From a virus (taxonomy: Duplodnaviria; Caudoviricetes), in IMG/VR virus record IMGVR_UViG_3300020171_000034, positions 1 to 55,315 of that record: DNA of 55,315 bases. The stretch is one strand, 5' to 3'. A program made the position numbers and the translations under genes. Positions 35,517 to 45,867 of this stretch are shown one piece after another. The notes beneath the pieces are model-generated. The model did not search any database. It was not told where the DNA came from and saw only the letters and a list, made by a program, of their open reading frames with translations. The first letter of the stretch is position 1; the number at the start of each line of letters is the position of its first letter.

Positions 35517-36113
35517 ATGGGTAGAACTCCTGAAATTTGGAGTCAGAATGTTGAAAATCTTGCTCTGACATACATTCGCCCATATCATAGAGAGATAGCC
35601 AGGAGACTGGTTCTGGGTGAGACAGCAGCACGCATCTGTCGGTCTATTGGGATGGGGGAGGGAAGGATGTCTATTATTGTGAACTCCCCACTGTTTAAGC
35701 TTGAGATTAAAAGGCTTGAGGACTTGAGAGATGGTGGTGTTGCAGATGTCACACAGACGTTGAAAGAGCTGAGTCCTCTTGCACTTGAGGTTGTGGAAAG
35801 GACAATGCATGGGTCTAAGTCAGAAACCCTACGTTTCTCTGCAGCTCAAGATGTCCTTGACAGGGCTGGGTATGGAAAGACAACGAAGGTTCTTGCTCAG
35901 TTTGCTGGCAATATAACCCACTCTACCCTTTCTGAAGCAGAACTTCGCCAGCTTGTTCTGGACAGAGTTCAAAGGATTAAGGATGAGGCTGAGCAGAAAG
36001 CCAGGGAGCTGAGAGAGGTTGATGGAACAGTGATTACCCTTGAAGAAGTTGAATCAGATGACGTTTCAGGACATGAAAACACTGGAGGAAAGATTAATGT
36101 TGCCTTTATCTAA
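35517..36113 (+). CDS. terS: Putative terminase small subunit
   Basis: N-terminal HTH-like region, RFSAAQDVLDRAGY; precedes TerL. Confidence 0.65.
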   Translation: MGRTPEIWSQNVENLALTYIRPYHREIARRLVLGETAARICRSIGMGEGRMSIIVNSPLFKLEIKRLEDLRDGGVADVTQTLKELSPLALEVVERTMHGSKSETLRFSAAQDVLDRAGYGKTTKVLAQFAGNITHSTLSEAELRQLVLDRVQRIKDEAEQKARELREVDGTVITLEEVESDDVSGHENTGGKINVAFI

Positions 36114-37695
36114 TATTGATGTGGAGTCTATTAAACAAGCAACCCTGACCGCTTCACGCAAAGAGCTTGTTGAGTTGCTTGAACTTACAGACAAATGGGC
36201 TTCTCCAAAAGATTGCAAGTTTTATCTCTACATTCCCAACGATGTTCCTATGATGTTTCATTGTTCAAACGCAAAGACACGTGCATTGTTCGGTGGAAAC
36301 CGCTCCAGTAAGACTTATAGTCATGTTGAAGATTATGCAATGCAGTTTGTGGGTGAAGCCCCAAAGAGCCTTATAGGAATGATTCCCTCCCACCGACTTG
36401 ACCCAACCAGACGCTTAAGGTTCTGCATGGAAGATTATCCTAACTCATTCACCAAAGTGGTTTATCCTTACATTCAACAACTTGTTCCTTCTGATGCCAT
36501 CTCTGATGTGATTAAAGACTCTGGAAGGATTCGTGCTATTGTAAACAGTCATGGAGGCTTTATTGAATTTATGTATTATGACCAAGAAACCACAAAACAT
36601 GGTGGAACTTCCAGACACAGTATTGGGTATGATGAAGAACCCCCCGAATCAATCAGGGATGAAGGTCTTATGAGACTTGTTGATACAGATGGAGAAGAAA
36701 CCTTTTCCCTCACCCCAATATCTGGAGCTCTGCGTTACCTTTATGATGACATCTACCTCAATCGTGGAAGAGAGGTTGAGAAGAACTATGACCTTATTAT
36801 GAATGATAAAGGAAGAATCATAGACGCTCTTGAAGGAGAGATGTCTTTCCGCACCATTCCTGGTGGTGACCCACAGATAGATGTGTTCTTTGCTTGTATT
36901 TTTGACAATGTGGCAATCAACAAACACGCTGCAATTCGTATCCTGCAAAAATTTGACAAGGATGAAATGATAATGCGGGCTAAGGGACATTTTATGTTCC
37001 TGAGTGGTCTGGTCTATAAAGGTTTTTCTGATAAACACCTCATAGACCCCTTCACTGATTGGTATGAAGGTGAACACAAAGATGAATACACTCTTTACAT
37101 TGCAATAGACCCCCACCCACGTATACCCCATGCTGTCCTCTTCCTATGTGTTCGGCGTGATGGTTTACACTTCATCGTTGATGAACTCTTTATAGACTGC
37201 ACAGCCCCAGAACTTGTAGAAGCGATTCAGTCAAAATGCAGGGGAAAGATTCCTGAATATATCATCATAGACCCACTTGCTTCCACCCCAGACCCTTCCA
37301 CAAAATCCTGTCTTCGTCTTGACCTTATTGACTTTGGTCTCAACACCCCTTATCCTATCGCTGCATCTAAAGACAAAGAACGTGGAATCATCGCATGCAA
37401 AAGACGCTTGCAGTTTAATGATAAAGACATTCCTGGGATTTATGTCAGTGCAGATTGCACAAGATTTAGATACGAGATAACTCGTTATTGTTGGGATGAT
37501 TGGAGAAAAGATACCCAAACCACAAAAGGGCTGAAGCAGAAACCTATGGATAGGGATGACCACATAATGGAAGACTGGTATCGGCTTGAAAATCTTGACC
37601 CATTGTGGGTTGGTCAGATACCTTTTTATGATGATGATGACTCTTCCACAAATGATTCAAGAAATACAGGAAAGAGTAAGGTGACAGGATATTAA
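36097..37695 (+). CDS. terL: Terminase large subunit
   Basis: FGGNRSSKT, GYDEEPP, SLTP, IAIDPH, DDHIMED; GGAGG before ATG 36097. Confidence 0.9.
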   Translation: MLPLSNIDVESIKQATLTASRKELVELLELTDKWASPKDCKFYLYIPNDVPMMFHCSNAKTRALFGGNRSSKTYSHVEDYAMQFVGEAPKSLIGMIPSHRLDPTRRLRFCMEDYPNSFTKVVYPYIQQLVPSDAISDVIKDSGRIRAIVNSHGGFIEFMYYDQETTKHGGTSRHSIGYDEEPPESIRDEGLMRLVDTDGEETFSLTPISGALRYLYDDIYLNRGREVEKNYDLIMNDKGRIIDALEGEMSFRTIPGGDPQIDVFFACIFDNVAINKHAAIRILQKFDKDEMIMRAKGHFMFLSGLVYKGFSDKHLIDPFTDWYEGEHKDEYTLYIAIDPHPRIPHAVLFLCVRRDGLHFIVDELFIDCTAPELVEAIQSKCRGKIPEYIIIDPLASTPDPSTKSCLRLDLIDFGLNTPYPIAASKDKERGIIACKRRLQFNDKDIPGIYVSADCTRFRYEITRYCWDDWRKDTQTTKGLKQKPMDRDDHIMEDWYRLENLDPLWVGQIPFYDDDDSSTNDSRNTGKSKVTGY

Positions 37696-39764
37696 TGGAA
37701 AACAAAATTGAAGTGCCAGAACAGAAGCCAATAGACGCAAACGCACAAATCCTTGCAGATGGCTCAGCAATCGTTGACCTAAGCCTAAAAGCTGGCGAAG
37801 AAGCGGGGCTTGCAAGGAGTATTGAGATTGCTGAAACACTTAACCTTGTTCCAGCCATTCTGAGCAGAACTGAACAGGAGATTCCTTCATATTACAACGA
37901 AAAAACTCTTCTCACAGGCGAGAAAGCTGTTGAAGAAATGGGTATTGTGGTAGTAGAAGAATACATCCAAGACCTTGATAGTAGAAAAACGTGGGAAGAC
38001 AACACTGCAGACCAGATTAAACTCTTCACAAGTTTTATGGACATCAAGACCTCACCCTGGTCAGGTTGTAGCAACGTAAACCTTCCCCTTCTTACTGTTG
38101 CTGCTCTTCAATTCCATGCCAGAGCATACGATGCTCTTTTTCCTGCAAAAGGCGCAGTCCAGGTAGTCAATACAGGAGATGAGGATATAGAACGTGGTGA
38201 GAGGGTTGGTAAATTTATGAACTTCCAGCTCTACTATGACATCAAGAACTATGAGGAAGGAATGGATAAAACCCTCCTCCAGCTTCCTATTGTTGGGTGT
38301 GTGTTTAGAAAAACCTACTACGATGTTGTAAAACAGCAGGTTACCTCATGCTATGTCTCAGCCGCAGATTTTGTTGTGAATTATGGTGCTTATGGGCTTG
38401 ATGAAGCTCCACGCAAAACCCACGTTTTGTATTTATACAAAAATGATATAAGGAAACGTGTAAGTGAAAACATCTTCATCCAAAAGGGTTGGGATTTGAC
38501 CTGGGATTCAAGTTATCAGAACGCATCAGTTCCTCGTTCACCAATAAAGGATGCAATAGACAAAGCAGTCGGAGAGAAAGATGCCAGAACCATCAACCTT
38601 CCTCGTATCATTCTTGAACAGCACAGAGAATGGGACATCAATGGTGATGGAATTGCTGAGCCTGTTGTCATCACTGTTGACTTACTTGACAAGGTGGTTC
38701 TTCGCATCACAAACAGAACAACAATGGATGAGACAAGAAAAGAACAGACTATTGAATATTTTACAAAATATGGCTTCCTTCCAAACCCAGAAGGATTCTA
38801 CGACTTAGGCTTTGGAACTCTCATTCGTGGGTTGAATGAAAGTGCCAACACCATTGTCAACGAGGTTATAGACGCTGGCAGTCTTGCGAACCTTCAAGGT
38901 GGTTTCATTGCCAAGCGTAGTGGGATGAAGAAAGGTGAACTTAAGTTCAAGATGGGTGTATACCAAGAAGTTGATATGCATCTTGATGACATGCAAAAAG
39001 CCATCTACAGCTTCAACTTCAAGGGTCCAAACCAGACCCTTTATGCAGTTCTGGGTTTGTTGTATGAATACTCCAAACTTGTCTCAAGTATAAGTGAAAC
39101 CATGACTGGGCAGCTTCCTGCTTCAGACACTCCAGCCTCCACCGTTCTTGCCTTGATTGAAGAAGGCAGAAAGGTTTTCTCCAGCATCCACAAACGCATC
39201 CATCGTTCATTCAAACAAGAACTTGCTAAGATATATCGTCTTAATGGAATCTTCCTTGACGAACAGAAATACTTTAAGGCTTTGGGTGATAACAAAATCC
39301 CACAGGGTGACTCCATCACAATAGGGCGGGTTGACTTCAAAGGCACACTTGATGTCATTCCTGTCTCCGACCCAAATATCACCTCCACCGCAGAGAAGAT
39401 TATGAAAGCTGAACAAGCATTGAAGAATGTCATAGAACTTGACCCACAAAATGCTGAAGCTGTCTATATCACAAGAAAGAGGTTTTTTGAAGCTCTTGAG
39501 ATTCCTAATGTTGACATGCTTCTTAAGCCTCCTCCACCCCCTCCTGACATGGCACAGGAAGAAGAGAACGCTTTGATGCTTATGGAAAAACCAGCAACAG
39601 TTCTTCCACATCAAGACCATTTACATCACCTTGAAGTTCTTGAAGACTTGATTTCAGGAGCGTATGCTTCTCAACTCACACCCACATCCAAAAAGCTTGT
39701 TGAGAGACACCGTCTGGAGCATGTGGCAGGGCATTATCTTCAAACAAAAGGAGTGCAGAAATGA
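37695..39764 (+). CDS. Portal protein
   Basis: PWSGCSNV..PLL..A..QF.ARA; GFYDLG; DAGSLANLQGGF; follows TerL. Confidence 0.85.
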   Translation: MENKIEVPEQKPIDANAQILADGSAIVDLSLKAGEEAGLARSIEIAETLNLVPAILSRTEQEIPSYYNEKTLLTGEKAVEEMGIVVVEEYIQDLDSRKTWEDNTADQIKLFTSFMDIKTSPWSGCSNVNLPLLTVAALQFHARAYDALFPAKGAVQVVNTGDEDIERGERVGKFMNFQLYYDIKNYEEGMDKTLLQLPIVGCVFRKTYYDVVKQQVTSCYVSAADFVVNYGAYGLDEAPRKTHVLYLYKNDIRKRVSENIFIQKGWDLTWDSSYQNASVPRSPIKDAIDKAVGEKDARTINLPRIILEQHREWDINGDGIAEPVVITVDLLDKVVLRITNRTTMDETRKEQTIEYFTKYGFLPNPEGFYDLGFGTLIRGLNESANTIVNEVIDAGSLANLQGGFIAKRSGMKKGELKFKMGVYQEVDMHLDDMQKAIYSFNFKGPNQTLYAVLGLLYEYSKLVSSISETMTGQLPASDTPASTVLALIEEGRKVFSSIHKRIHRSFKQELAKIYRLNGIFLDEQKYFKALGDNKIPQGDSITIGRVDFKGTLDVIPVSDPNITSTAEKIMKAEQALKNVIELDPQNAEAVYITRKRFFEALEIPNVDMLLKPPPPPPDMAQEEENALMLMEKPATVLPHQDHLHHLEVLEDLISGAYASQLTPTSKKLVERHRLEHVAGHYLQTKGVQK

Positions 39765-39985
39765 ACATCACCCTTGACGAATGGAAGGAATGGGTAGAAA
39801 CAGACAGAACCCAACAATTCCTCCTTGAGCTTGAAGAACTTAAAAGAGAAAAGTTAAACTCTATGTATAAACACCTTATCAACGAAAGGGAGAAACAAGC
39901 CATCATTGAATCTGGTGTTGTGAAAGCATTAGAAGATGTTATAACTTTAATTCACTCAAAAAAAGGAGAGAGTGCAAATGAGTAA
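39761..39985 (+). CDS. Hypothetical protein
   Basis: Small helical ORF after portal. Confidence 0.6.
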   Translation: MNITLDEWKEWVETDRTQQFLLELEELKREKLNSMYKHLINEREKQAIIESGVVKALEDVITLIHSKKGESANE

Positions 39986-40385
39986 TGGTGCAAAAGTAAC
40001 AGAGATGAAGTGGACAACAAAGCCAAAAGAGGTTGTTCCTCAACCCAAAGTAACTGTAGAGCAGGTTGATGTAAACGAACTCATAAACCAGTTTCCATAT
40101 AAACTATATGGTCAAAGGGTGATGGCTTATGAGATTGAGGTTGAAACAGTTAGTGGTTTATATGTTCCTGAGACTTCCAAAAGAGATGGGGAGATGAGGA
40201 CAAATACTGGTTATGTTATCGGGGTGGGTGATGAGGTTACTTTCTGCAAACCAGGCGATACAGTTCTTTTTGGAAGGTATAGTGGAGCTTGGCAAGAGTT
40301 AGAGGGTAAAAGGTATAGGCTCATGAATGAGGAAGATTTGCTTGCCAAAGTCGTGGCAAAGAAGGAACTTTATAATGCCATTTAA
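39978..40385 (+). CDS. groES: GroES-like co-chaperonin
   Basis: TVSGLYVPET, GYVIGVG, KPGDTVLFGRYSG, LMNEEDLLA. Confidence 0.85.
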   Translation: MSNGAKVTEMKWTTKPKEVVPQPKVTVEQVDVNELINQFPYKLYGQRVMAYEIEVETVSGLYVPETSKRDGEMRTNTGYVIGVGDEVTFCKPGDTVLFGRYSGAWQELEGKRYRLMNEEDLLAKVVAKKELYNAI

Positions 40386-40530
40386 ATCAGAAGCTCAACG
40401 CAAGTATTTATGGATGAAGCATCCAAAAATAGCAAAAAGGTGGGCAGACAAGTATGAAACACCTAAAAATTTACCTAAACATTCAAAAAGAATGTCTTTA
40501 AAAGACGCAGTAAAGAGGGTATCAAAATGA
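40375..40530 (+). CDS. Small basic phage protein
   Basis: MPFKSEAQRKYLW...AKRW. Confidence 0.6.
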   Translation: MPFKSEAQRKYLWMKHPKIAKRWADKYETPKNLPKHSKRMSLKDAVKRVSK

Positions 40531-40560
40531 CACATCTTAGATGCAATTTGGGGGAGATAA

Positions 40561-40953
40561 ATGGATTGGTCAGATGAAAAAGAGAGTGCATATAGAATGT
40601 GGTTGCGTCAATGGTCAAAGAATACAGGGATTTCATATAATCCAGATGACCTTACTTATGATTATAGAGAAGCATATAAAAGGGGGTTATCTCCATCATG
40701 GCAACCCGAACACCAGCAATATAGATGGTCAGATATAGGCAAGACTAAAGATTATAGGGAATCTCAATGGAATCTTGATAATATTATGGAAATGCCTCTT
40801 GAAGAAGCGCCACTACCCTATCATAACTGGAGGAAGGAATTTGACCCTTATATTGTAAAGTCTCTAAGGGATGCTGTTTTAGCAAAAAGGCATCAAGAAC
40901 TTTTTGATAGAAAAAAGATGATTTCTTTAAAAGATAGTGTAAAGAGGACTTAA
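40561..40953 (+). CDS. Hypothetical protein bracketed by direct repeats
   Basis: YDYREAYK motif; ACACATCTTAGATG at 40530 and 40954. Confidence 0.6.
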   Translation: MDWSDEKESAYRMWLRQWSKNTGISYNPDDLTYDYREAYKRGLSPSWQPEHQQYRWSDIGKTKDYRESQWNLDNIMEMPLEEAPLPYHNWRKEFDPYIVKSLRDAVLAKRHQELFDRKKMISLKDSVKRT

Positions 40954-41002
40954 ACACATCTTAGATGTGCGAAATTCTATGCAAAGCATAGCTGGAGGAT
41001 TT

Positions 41003-41896
41003 ATGGCAGAAGAAACAGTAACAGTTGTTGAAGAAGAAGCAGGTGTAAAAGTAGAGATTGCGGAAGAGCCAAAGCTGGCGGTGAAGGCTAAGGTTGACCC
41101 ACGTGAAGCACAGGAGAAACTAACTCCTGACTCTCCACGATTCAAAGAGGTCTATGGTCAGATGAAGGCTCTTGAGCGGAAGGTTGAAGATTATGAAGAG
41201 AAAGGCAAGAACACCGAGAAACTCATGGCTGAATTCAAGTCCCACAACGAGAGACTTGCAAAAGCAATAGAATCTCAAGTAGAACTCTCCCGTGAAGCCA
41301 TCACATCTGGGAAGGATGAGTCTGATGAGGAAATAAAACAGCTCACATCCTATCTTGCAGAGTTGAAGGTGAAGAAGGTGGAAGCCCACAAAACATTCAA
41401 CTATCAAGAAATTGCTGATATAGATGATGAGATTATGGAAGCAAAGGATGAAATCAAAGGCATAAAGTATAGAAAGGGAATGAAGGAAAGGGATAAGAGT
41501 AAGGAGAAGGAAAATGTTGAGGTAGACCCCGCTTTTATAGCCTTCATTGAAGACACCCCCTGGTTCAATGGTGACACTGCTGACCCAGTGATGATACAGG
41601 CGGCGTATGAGATGGACAATGTCCTTTTGAGAGACCCTAAATGGGCAAAGAAGCCCATAGGAGAAAGACTCGCAGAAGGTGGGCGGAGAGTAGAAGCAAG
41701 GTTTGACTGGAAACCAGATAAACCTTCTGTCAAGGTAAAGCCTCCATCTGGTGTAGAAGGTGTGAGTGGGGTTAGAGGAACAAAAACTACAACAATAACC
41801 CTCACCCCTGCACAGGTTGCAATGGCAAAGGGGCTTGATATTCCACTGGAAGCTTATGCCAAACAGGTTGCATTAATGGAAGGAGGTAAAACATAA
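41003..41896 (+). CDS. Putative scaffolding protein
   Basis: Acidic coiled coil, TPWF, C-terminal LTPAQVAMAKGLDIPLEAYAK. Confidence 0.7.
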   Translation: MAEETVTVVEEEAGVKVEIAEEPKLAVKAKVDPREAQEKLTPDSPRFKEVYGQMKALERKVEDYEEKGKNTEKLMAEFKSHNERLAKAIESQVELSREAITSGKDESDEEIKQLTSYLAELKVKKVEAHKTFNYQEIADIDDEIMEAKDEIKGIKYRKGMKERDKSKEKENVEVDPAFIAFIEDTPWFNGDTADPVMIQAAYEMDNVLLRDPKWAKKPIGERLAEGGRRVEARFDWKPDKPSVKVKPPSGVEGVSGVRGTKTTTITLTPAQVAMAKGLDIPLEAYAKQVALMEGGKT

Positions 41897-42321
41897 TGGA
41901 AACAAAAGAAATCAAAGGTGAAGTAAAAAAACCCACCCAACCATGGAAACCTGCATCCTATTTAAATGTTCCTGATGCACTTCGCAGACCAGGCTATAGA
42001 CTCCGTTGGGTTGCTAAAGACCAGCTTAACAAGAAGATTGAAGAGGGTTGGATTCCTGTTACCAGAACAAAAGGAGCATCTAACGATGTTGCTCCCGAAA
42101 AAACAATCATAGATGGAACACAGATAGACACAACTGTGCAGAAACGAACACTCATCTTATGTGAGATGCCTGAAGAAACAGCAAAGGCTCGTGAAGCGTT
42201 CTTTGCAAAGCTCACAGAGGATTCAATAGAATCAATGAAAAACAAACTCGTTGATGAAACCACAATCCCTGGTCACGGTTCTCGTGCTTATGGTTCAGTT
42301 AAGATTGAAGTAGGAAAGTAG
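41896..42321 (+). CDS. Conserved head-region protein
   Basis: WKP..L..P..PGYRLRWV..EGWIPV..LILCEMPEE. Confidence 0.6.
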   Translation: METKEIKGEVKKPTQPWKPASYLNVPDALRRPGYRLRWVAKDQLNKKIEEGWIPVTRTKGASNDVAPEKTIIDGTQIDTTVQKRTLILCEMPEETAKAREAFFAKLTEDSIESMKNKLVDETTIPGHGSRAYGSVKIEVGK

Positions 42322-42335
42322 GAGGTTAACAAACT

Positions 42336-42860
42336 ATGGCAAACATAGATGCCCCGATTGGTTTTTGGGTTTCACGCCATAAAACTGGGGGGGAAATAAG
42401 AGCAAACAGTTACACGTTGACTGCAAGTGCGACTGTTTACAGAGGAGACCTTTTGAAAGTTGTTGCAGGTGGGACAGTTGAAGCTTCAGCAGCTAATGAT
42501 GGCGTTATTGTCATTGGTGTTGCAGCCGAATACAAGGTTGCTGCTGCTACAGGCATAACAAAGGTTCTTGTCTATGATGACCCTTATATTGTTTTTGGGG
42601 TTCAGATGGACGATGCAGGAGCAATCACTTCCTCGGCAGTAGATGTTTTTGCAACAGCAAACCATCTTGCTGGCAGTGGAAGTGCAACAACATTTCTCTC
42701 AGGTTTTGAACTTGATGAGAGCGATATAGGAACTGGTGGACAGCTTCGGATTCTTGGATTATGCGACACAAGAGACCCAAACAATGCCTGGGGACACAAT
42801 GCAGATGTAGAAGTTCAGATAGCTGAACATATCTTCAATGCTGCTGTCGCAGGTGTATAA
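42336..42860 (+). CDS. Putative capsid decoration/minor head protein
   Basis: MAN.DAP.GF, YRGDL, VYDDP; immediately before MCP. Confidence 0.65.
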   Translation: MANIDAPIGFWVSRHKTGGEIRANSYTLTASATVYRGDLLKVVAGGTVEASAANDGVIVIGVAAEYKVAAATGITKVLVYDDPYIVFGVQMDDAGAITSSAVDVFATANHLAGSGSATTFLSGFELDESDIGTGGQLRILGLCDTRDPNNAWGHNADVEVQIAEHIFNAAVAGV

Positions 42861-42873
42861 GGAGGTAATGTAA

Positions 42874-43779
42874 ATGGCTCTCGTAACTGGAAACATATCA
42901 GCGTTACTTACCCCTGGTTTTAGGGTTATCTGGGATGCAAGTCAAGATATGTGGTCAACAGAATACACACAGTTTATGGCATTAGAAACGTCAACAAGAA
43001 ACTATGAAGAAGACCACAGCATAACTCAGCTTGGAGTAGTCCCTGAGATAGCTGAATCAACCGCTATCTCATACGACACAATCTACGATGGTTACACAAA
43101 ACGGTATACACATCTTTTGTATGGTCTTGGCTTCAGTGTGTCAAGAGTGATGGTTGAAGACGACCTTTACAGGAAGATAAAAAATATGCCGAAAGCATTA
43201 AGCACCAGTGCCAATGAAGCCATTGAAACTGTTGCAGCAAACCATCTGAACAGAGCATTTAACACCTCCTATGTGGGTGGAGACGGCAAAACTTTGTGCA
43301 ACTCAGCACATCCAACATACGGTGGTGGGGGAAATTACTCAAATGTTCCTTCCGTTGCCGCAGACCTTGACATCACATCTTTTGAGCAGGCTCTTATTGA
43401 CATCCAAGTCAACTTTATTGATGACAGAGGAAAGAAGATAAAGGTAATGCCTCAGAAGCTTCTCCTTCACGCAAGTAACTGGTTTATGGCTGAGAAGATA
43501 CTCAAATCAGCCCAAGAACCTGACACAGCAAACAATGCAATAAACCCTGCAAAGGGAGCACTTCCTGGTGGATATGTTATCCTCCATTGGGTAACAGACA
43601 CTGATGCATGGTTTATCACAACCAACCGCCAAAACGGATTGCAGTGGTTCTGGAGAAGGAGACCTGAGTTTACTCAGGACAACGACTTTGATACAGAGAA
43701 TGCGAAATACAAAACAACCATGAGAGCATCTTCAGGTTGGACCGACCCAAGATGCATTTATGGAAGTGCTGGTGCATAG
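42874..43779 (+). CDS. Major capsid protein
   Basis: LLTPG, EDDLY, GGDGKTL..AHP, DTDAWF, DFDTEN.KYK..R.S.GW.DPR..YGS.GA. Confidence 0.85.
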   Translation: MALVTGNISALLTPGFRVIWDASQDMWSTEYTQFMALETSTRNYEEDHSITQLGVVPEIAESTAISYDTIYDGYTKRYTHLLYGLGFSVSRVMVEDDLYRKIKNMPKALSTSANEAIETVAANHLNRAFNTSYVGGDGKTLCNSAHPTYGGGGNYSNVPSVAADLDITSFEQALIDIQVNFIDDRGKKIKVMPQKLLLHASNWFMAEKILKSAQEPDTANNAINPAKGALPGGYVILHWVTDTDAWFITTNRQNGLQWFWRRRPEFTQDNDFDTENAKYKTTMRASSGWTDPRCIYGSAGA

Positions 43780-43924
43780 TGGCAAGACTTACACGGAGTC
43801 TTTCAAGACCATTGGTTAAGAGGATTCCACGAGTGGGTAAAAGGGTGGAGGTTACAAAAAACCTATCACCCTCCCCCATTCAAAAAAGAGGTAGAAGAAA
43901 ATATAATGTGTTAGGAGGGTTTAA

Positions 43925-45397
43925 ATGAACATAAGTAACTACCCTGGGGGCTTTCTGAATGGTGTTCTAATCAGAGGTGTCCCGATAGTCAATACCTATT
44001 CGGGGATGGTGTATTGGGTAAGTTCTACAACTGGTTCAAATGGGAATCATGGCAAAACACACCAGAAACCATTTGCTACAATAGATTACGCAGTTGGAAG
44101 ATGCGCAGCAAGCAAAGGTGATATAATCCTTGTTATGCCTGGGCATACAGAAACAGTAGCTACAGCAGGAGCAATAGCATGTGATGTAGCTGGTATCTCA
44201 ATCATGGGTCTTGGTTCTGGAGCAGATAGACCAACCCTTACCTTCTCTGCAACAGATGCAACAATGACAGTATCTGCTGCATCAATCAGTATTGAGAACA
44301 TTCTGATTAAACCGTCTATTGACAGTGTTGTCAGTCCGATTGTTGTGTCGGCAGCGAATTGTTACTTGGATGTTGAAGTTCAGGATGCAAGTGCTACGGT
44401 TGAATGTGTCAACGCAATATTGACAACCGCAGCAGCAGATCTTTTGACTGTGAACCTTGTGTATAGAGGTTTCATTGCAGGGGATGCATGTGTTAATGCT
44501 GTGAGGCTTGTTGGTTGTGATAAGGCAAGAATTAATGTGGACTTCTATGGTGTGGCCTTTGTTGCCATAGTTGAATTTCACACAACCGCTTGCCACAACA
44601 TTGAGATTGGTGGGACATTCTACAATTCAGGCACGACTGACCTATCTAAGAATGTTGTTGACACCGCCACCACTTCTACATGGGCTGTAGATGGTTTTGA
44701 CTCAGCAGCAGGTGCAGCGTTCTCTGGAGGTTCTGGGAATGCAATAGCCATAGGAGACTTATCAGCAATAGCATCAAATGTGTCTGCTATTCTTGTGGAC
44801 ACAGGAACAACTTTAGATGCAGCATTGGCTGTTGTTGATGGTTATTTTGATGCCCCAACAGCAGACGCCGTGACAGATACGACCATTCGTGATGCGATAG
44901 GACGTAAGACTGATGCCAGTGTTTATGTTCCTGGCACAACGAAGTCGCTTGCAGCATACACTAAAGGAACAGCAGATTTACAGGAAAGAGTGGCTGCAAA
45001 AGCTGCAGCAGTAATGGTAAATGCTGACACACTCTTTACCGTTGCAGGTGGTTCAATCCTCGTTGAAGGCTTGGTATCGGAGTGTGTAACAGGTAATGAT
45101 ACTACAGCATCAACATTACAGTATAGTGCAACACCAACTGTGGGTGCAGCAACCACAATTTCTGGTGCTACAACCACGCTTGCAAGTGTTGCAGCAGGAT
45201 ACACAATCTCACTTCTTGGCACAGCATTAGCCTCAGTGCCTTCGTTGAGTGTGGGTGGACCAAATCTTGGAATGACAGCACCATTAGTAGTTCCAGCAGG
45301 GACCATTACGATAGTAATTGCTGTAGGTTCAACCACAGGAACTTGGAAACACTACTTGAGATATCGCCCTCTGGCGGTTGGAGTAACTGTAAGTTAG
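43925..45397 (+). CDS. Putative virion structural protein (beta-helix-like N-terminal half)
   Basis: PFATIDYA..GDIILVMPGH; Ala/Thr-rich. Confidence 0.6.
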   Translation: MNISNYPGGFLNGVLIRGVPIVNTYSGMVYWVSSTTGSNGNHGKTHQKPFATIDYAVGRCAASKGDIILVMPGHTETVATAGAIACDVAGISIMGLGSGADRPTLTFSATDATMTVSAASISIENILIKPSIDSVVSPIVVSAANCYLDVEVQDASATVECVNAILTTAAADLLTVNLVYRGFIAGDACVNAVRLVGCDKARINVDFYGVAFVAIVEFHTTACHNIEIGGTFYNSGTTDLSKNVVDTATTSTWAVDGFDSAAGAAFSGGSGNAIAIGDLSAIASNVSAILVDTGTTLDAALAVVDGYFDAPTADAVTDTTIRDAIGRKTDASVYVPGTTKSLAAYTKGTADLQERVAAKAAAVMVNADTLFTVAGGSILVEGLVSECVTGNDTTASTLQYSATPTVGAATTISGATTTLASVAAGYTISLLGTALASVPSLSVGGPNLGMTAPLVVPAGTITIVIAVGSTTGTWKHYLRYRPLAVGVTVS

Positions 45398-45409
45398 TTT
45401 GAAATGTGA

Positions 45410-45431
45410 TGAGGGGGCACTGTCCCCCTCA
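45410..45431 (+). terminator. GC-rich hairpin after 43925-45397
   Basis: TGAGGGGG-CACTGT-CCCCCTCA; lacks U-tract. Confidence 0.35.
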
Positions 45432-45451
45432 CCCTAACATGGAGGTTTTAA

Positions 45452-45829
45452 ATGGCAGACGCAGTATCCAGTCAAACCTTAGTAGATGGAAGTAAAACAA
45501 CTGTAATGAAGTTCACCAATCTTAGTGACGGGACTGGTGAATTAGCAGTGGTAAAGGTAAACGTTTCAGCTCTCATTCCCCCTGCAACACTTGTTGATAT
45601 TCAGGAAATTTGGTATTCAGTAGTAGGAATGGTTGTTACTTTGCTCTGGGATGCAACCACAGATGTTCGTATCTTTGAGCTTTCAGATAGTGGATACATG
45701 GATTTCTCTGTGTTTGGTGGGCTTAAAAACAACGCTGGAGTAGGAGTAACTGGAAATATTCTCTTTACTACAACAGGACACTCAATAGGAGATTCTTACT
45801 CTATCATCCTTCTAATGAGAAAGAGTTAA
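45452..45829 (+). CDS. Putative virion structural protein
   Basis: MADAVSSQTLVDG..KFTNLSDGTGE; GGAGG RBS. Confidence 0.6.
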   Translation: MADAVSSQTLVDGSKTTVMKFTNLSDGTGELAVVKVNVSALIPPATLVDIQEIWYSVVGMVVTLLWDATTDVRIFELSDSGYMDFSVFGGLKNNAGVGVTGNILFTTTGHSIGDSYSIILLMRKS

Positions 45830-45867
45830 ATGTCCTTTCACACCGTGAAAAGGCATTAGGAGGTCTT

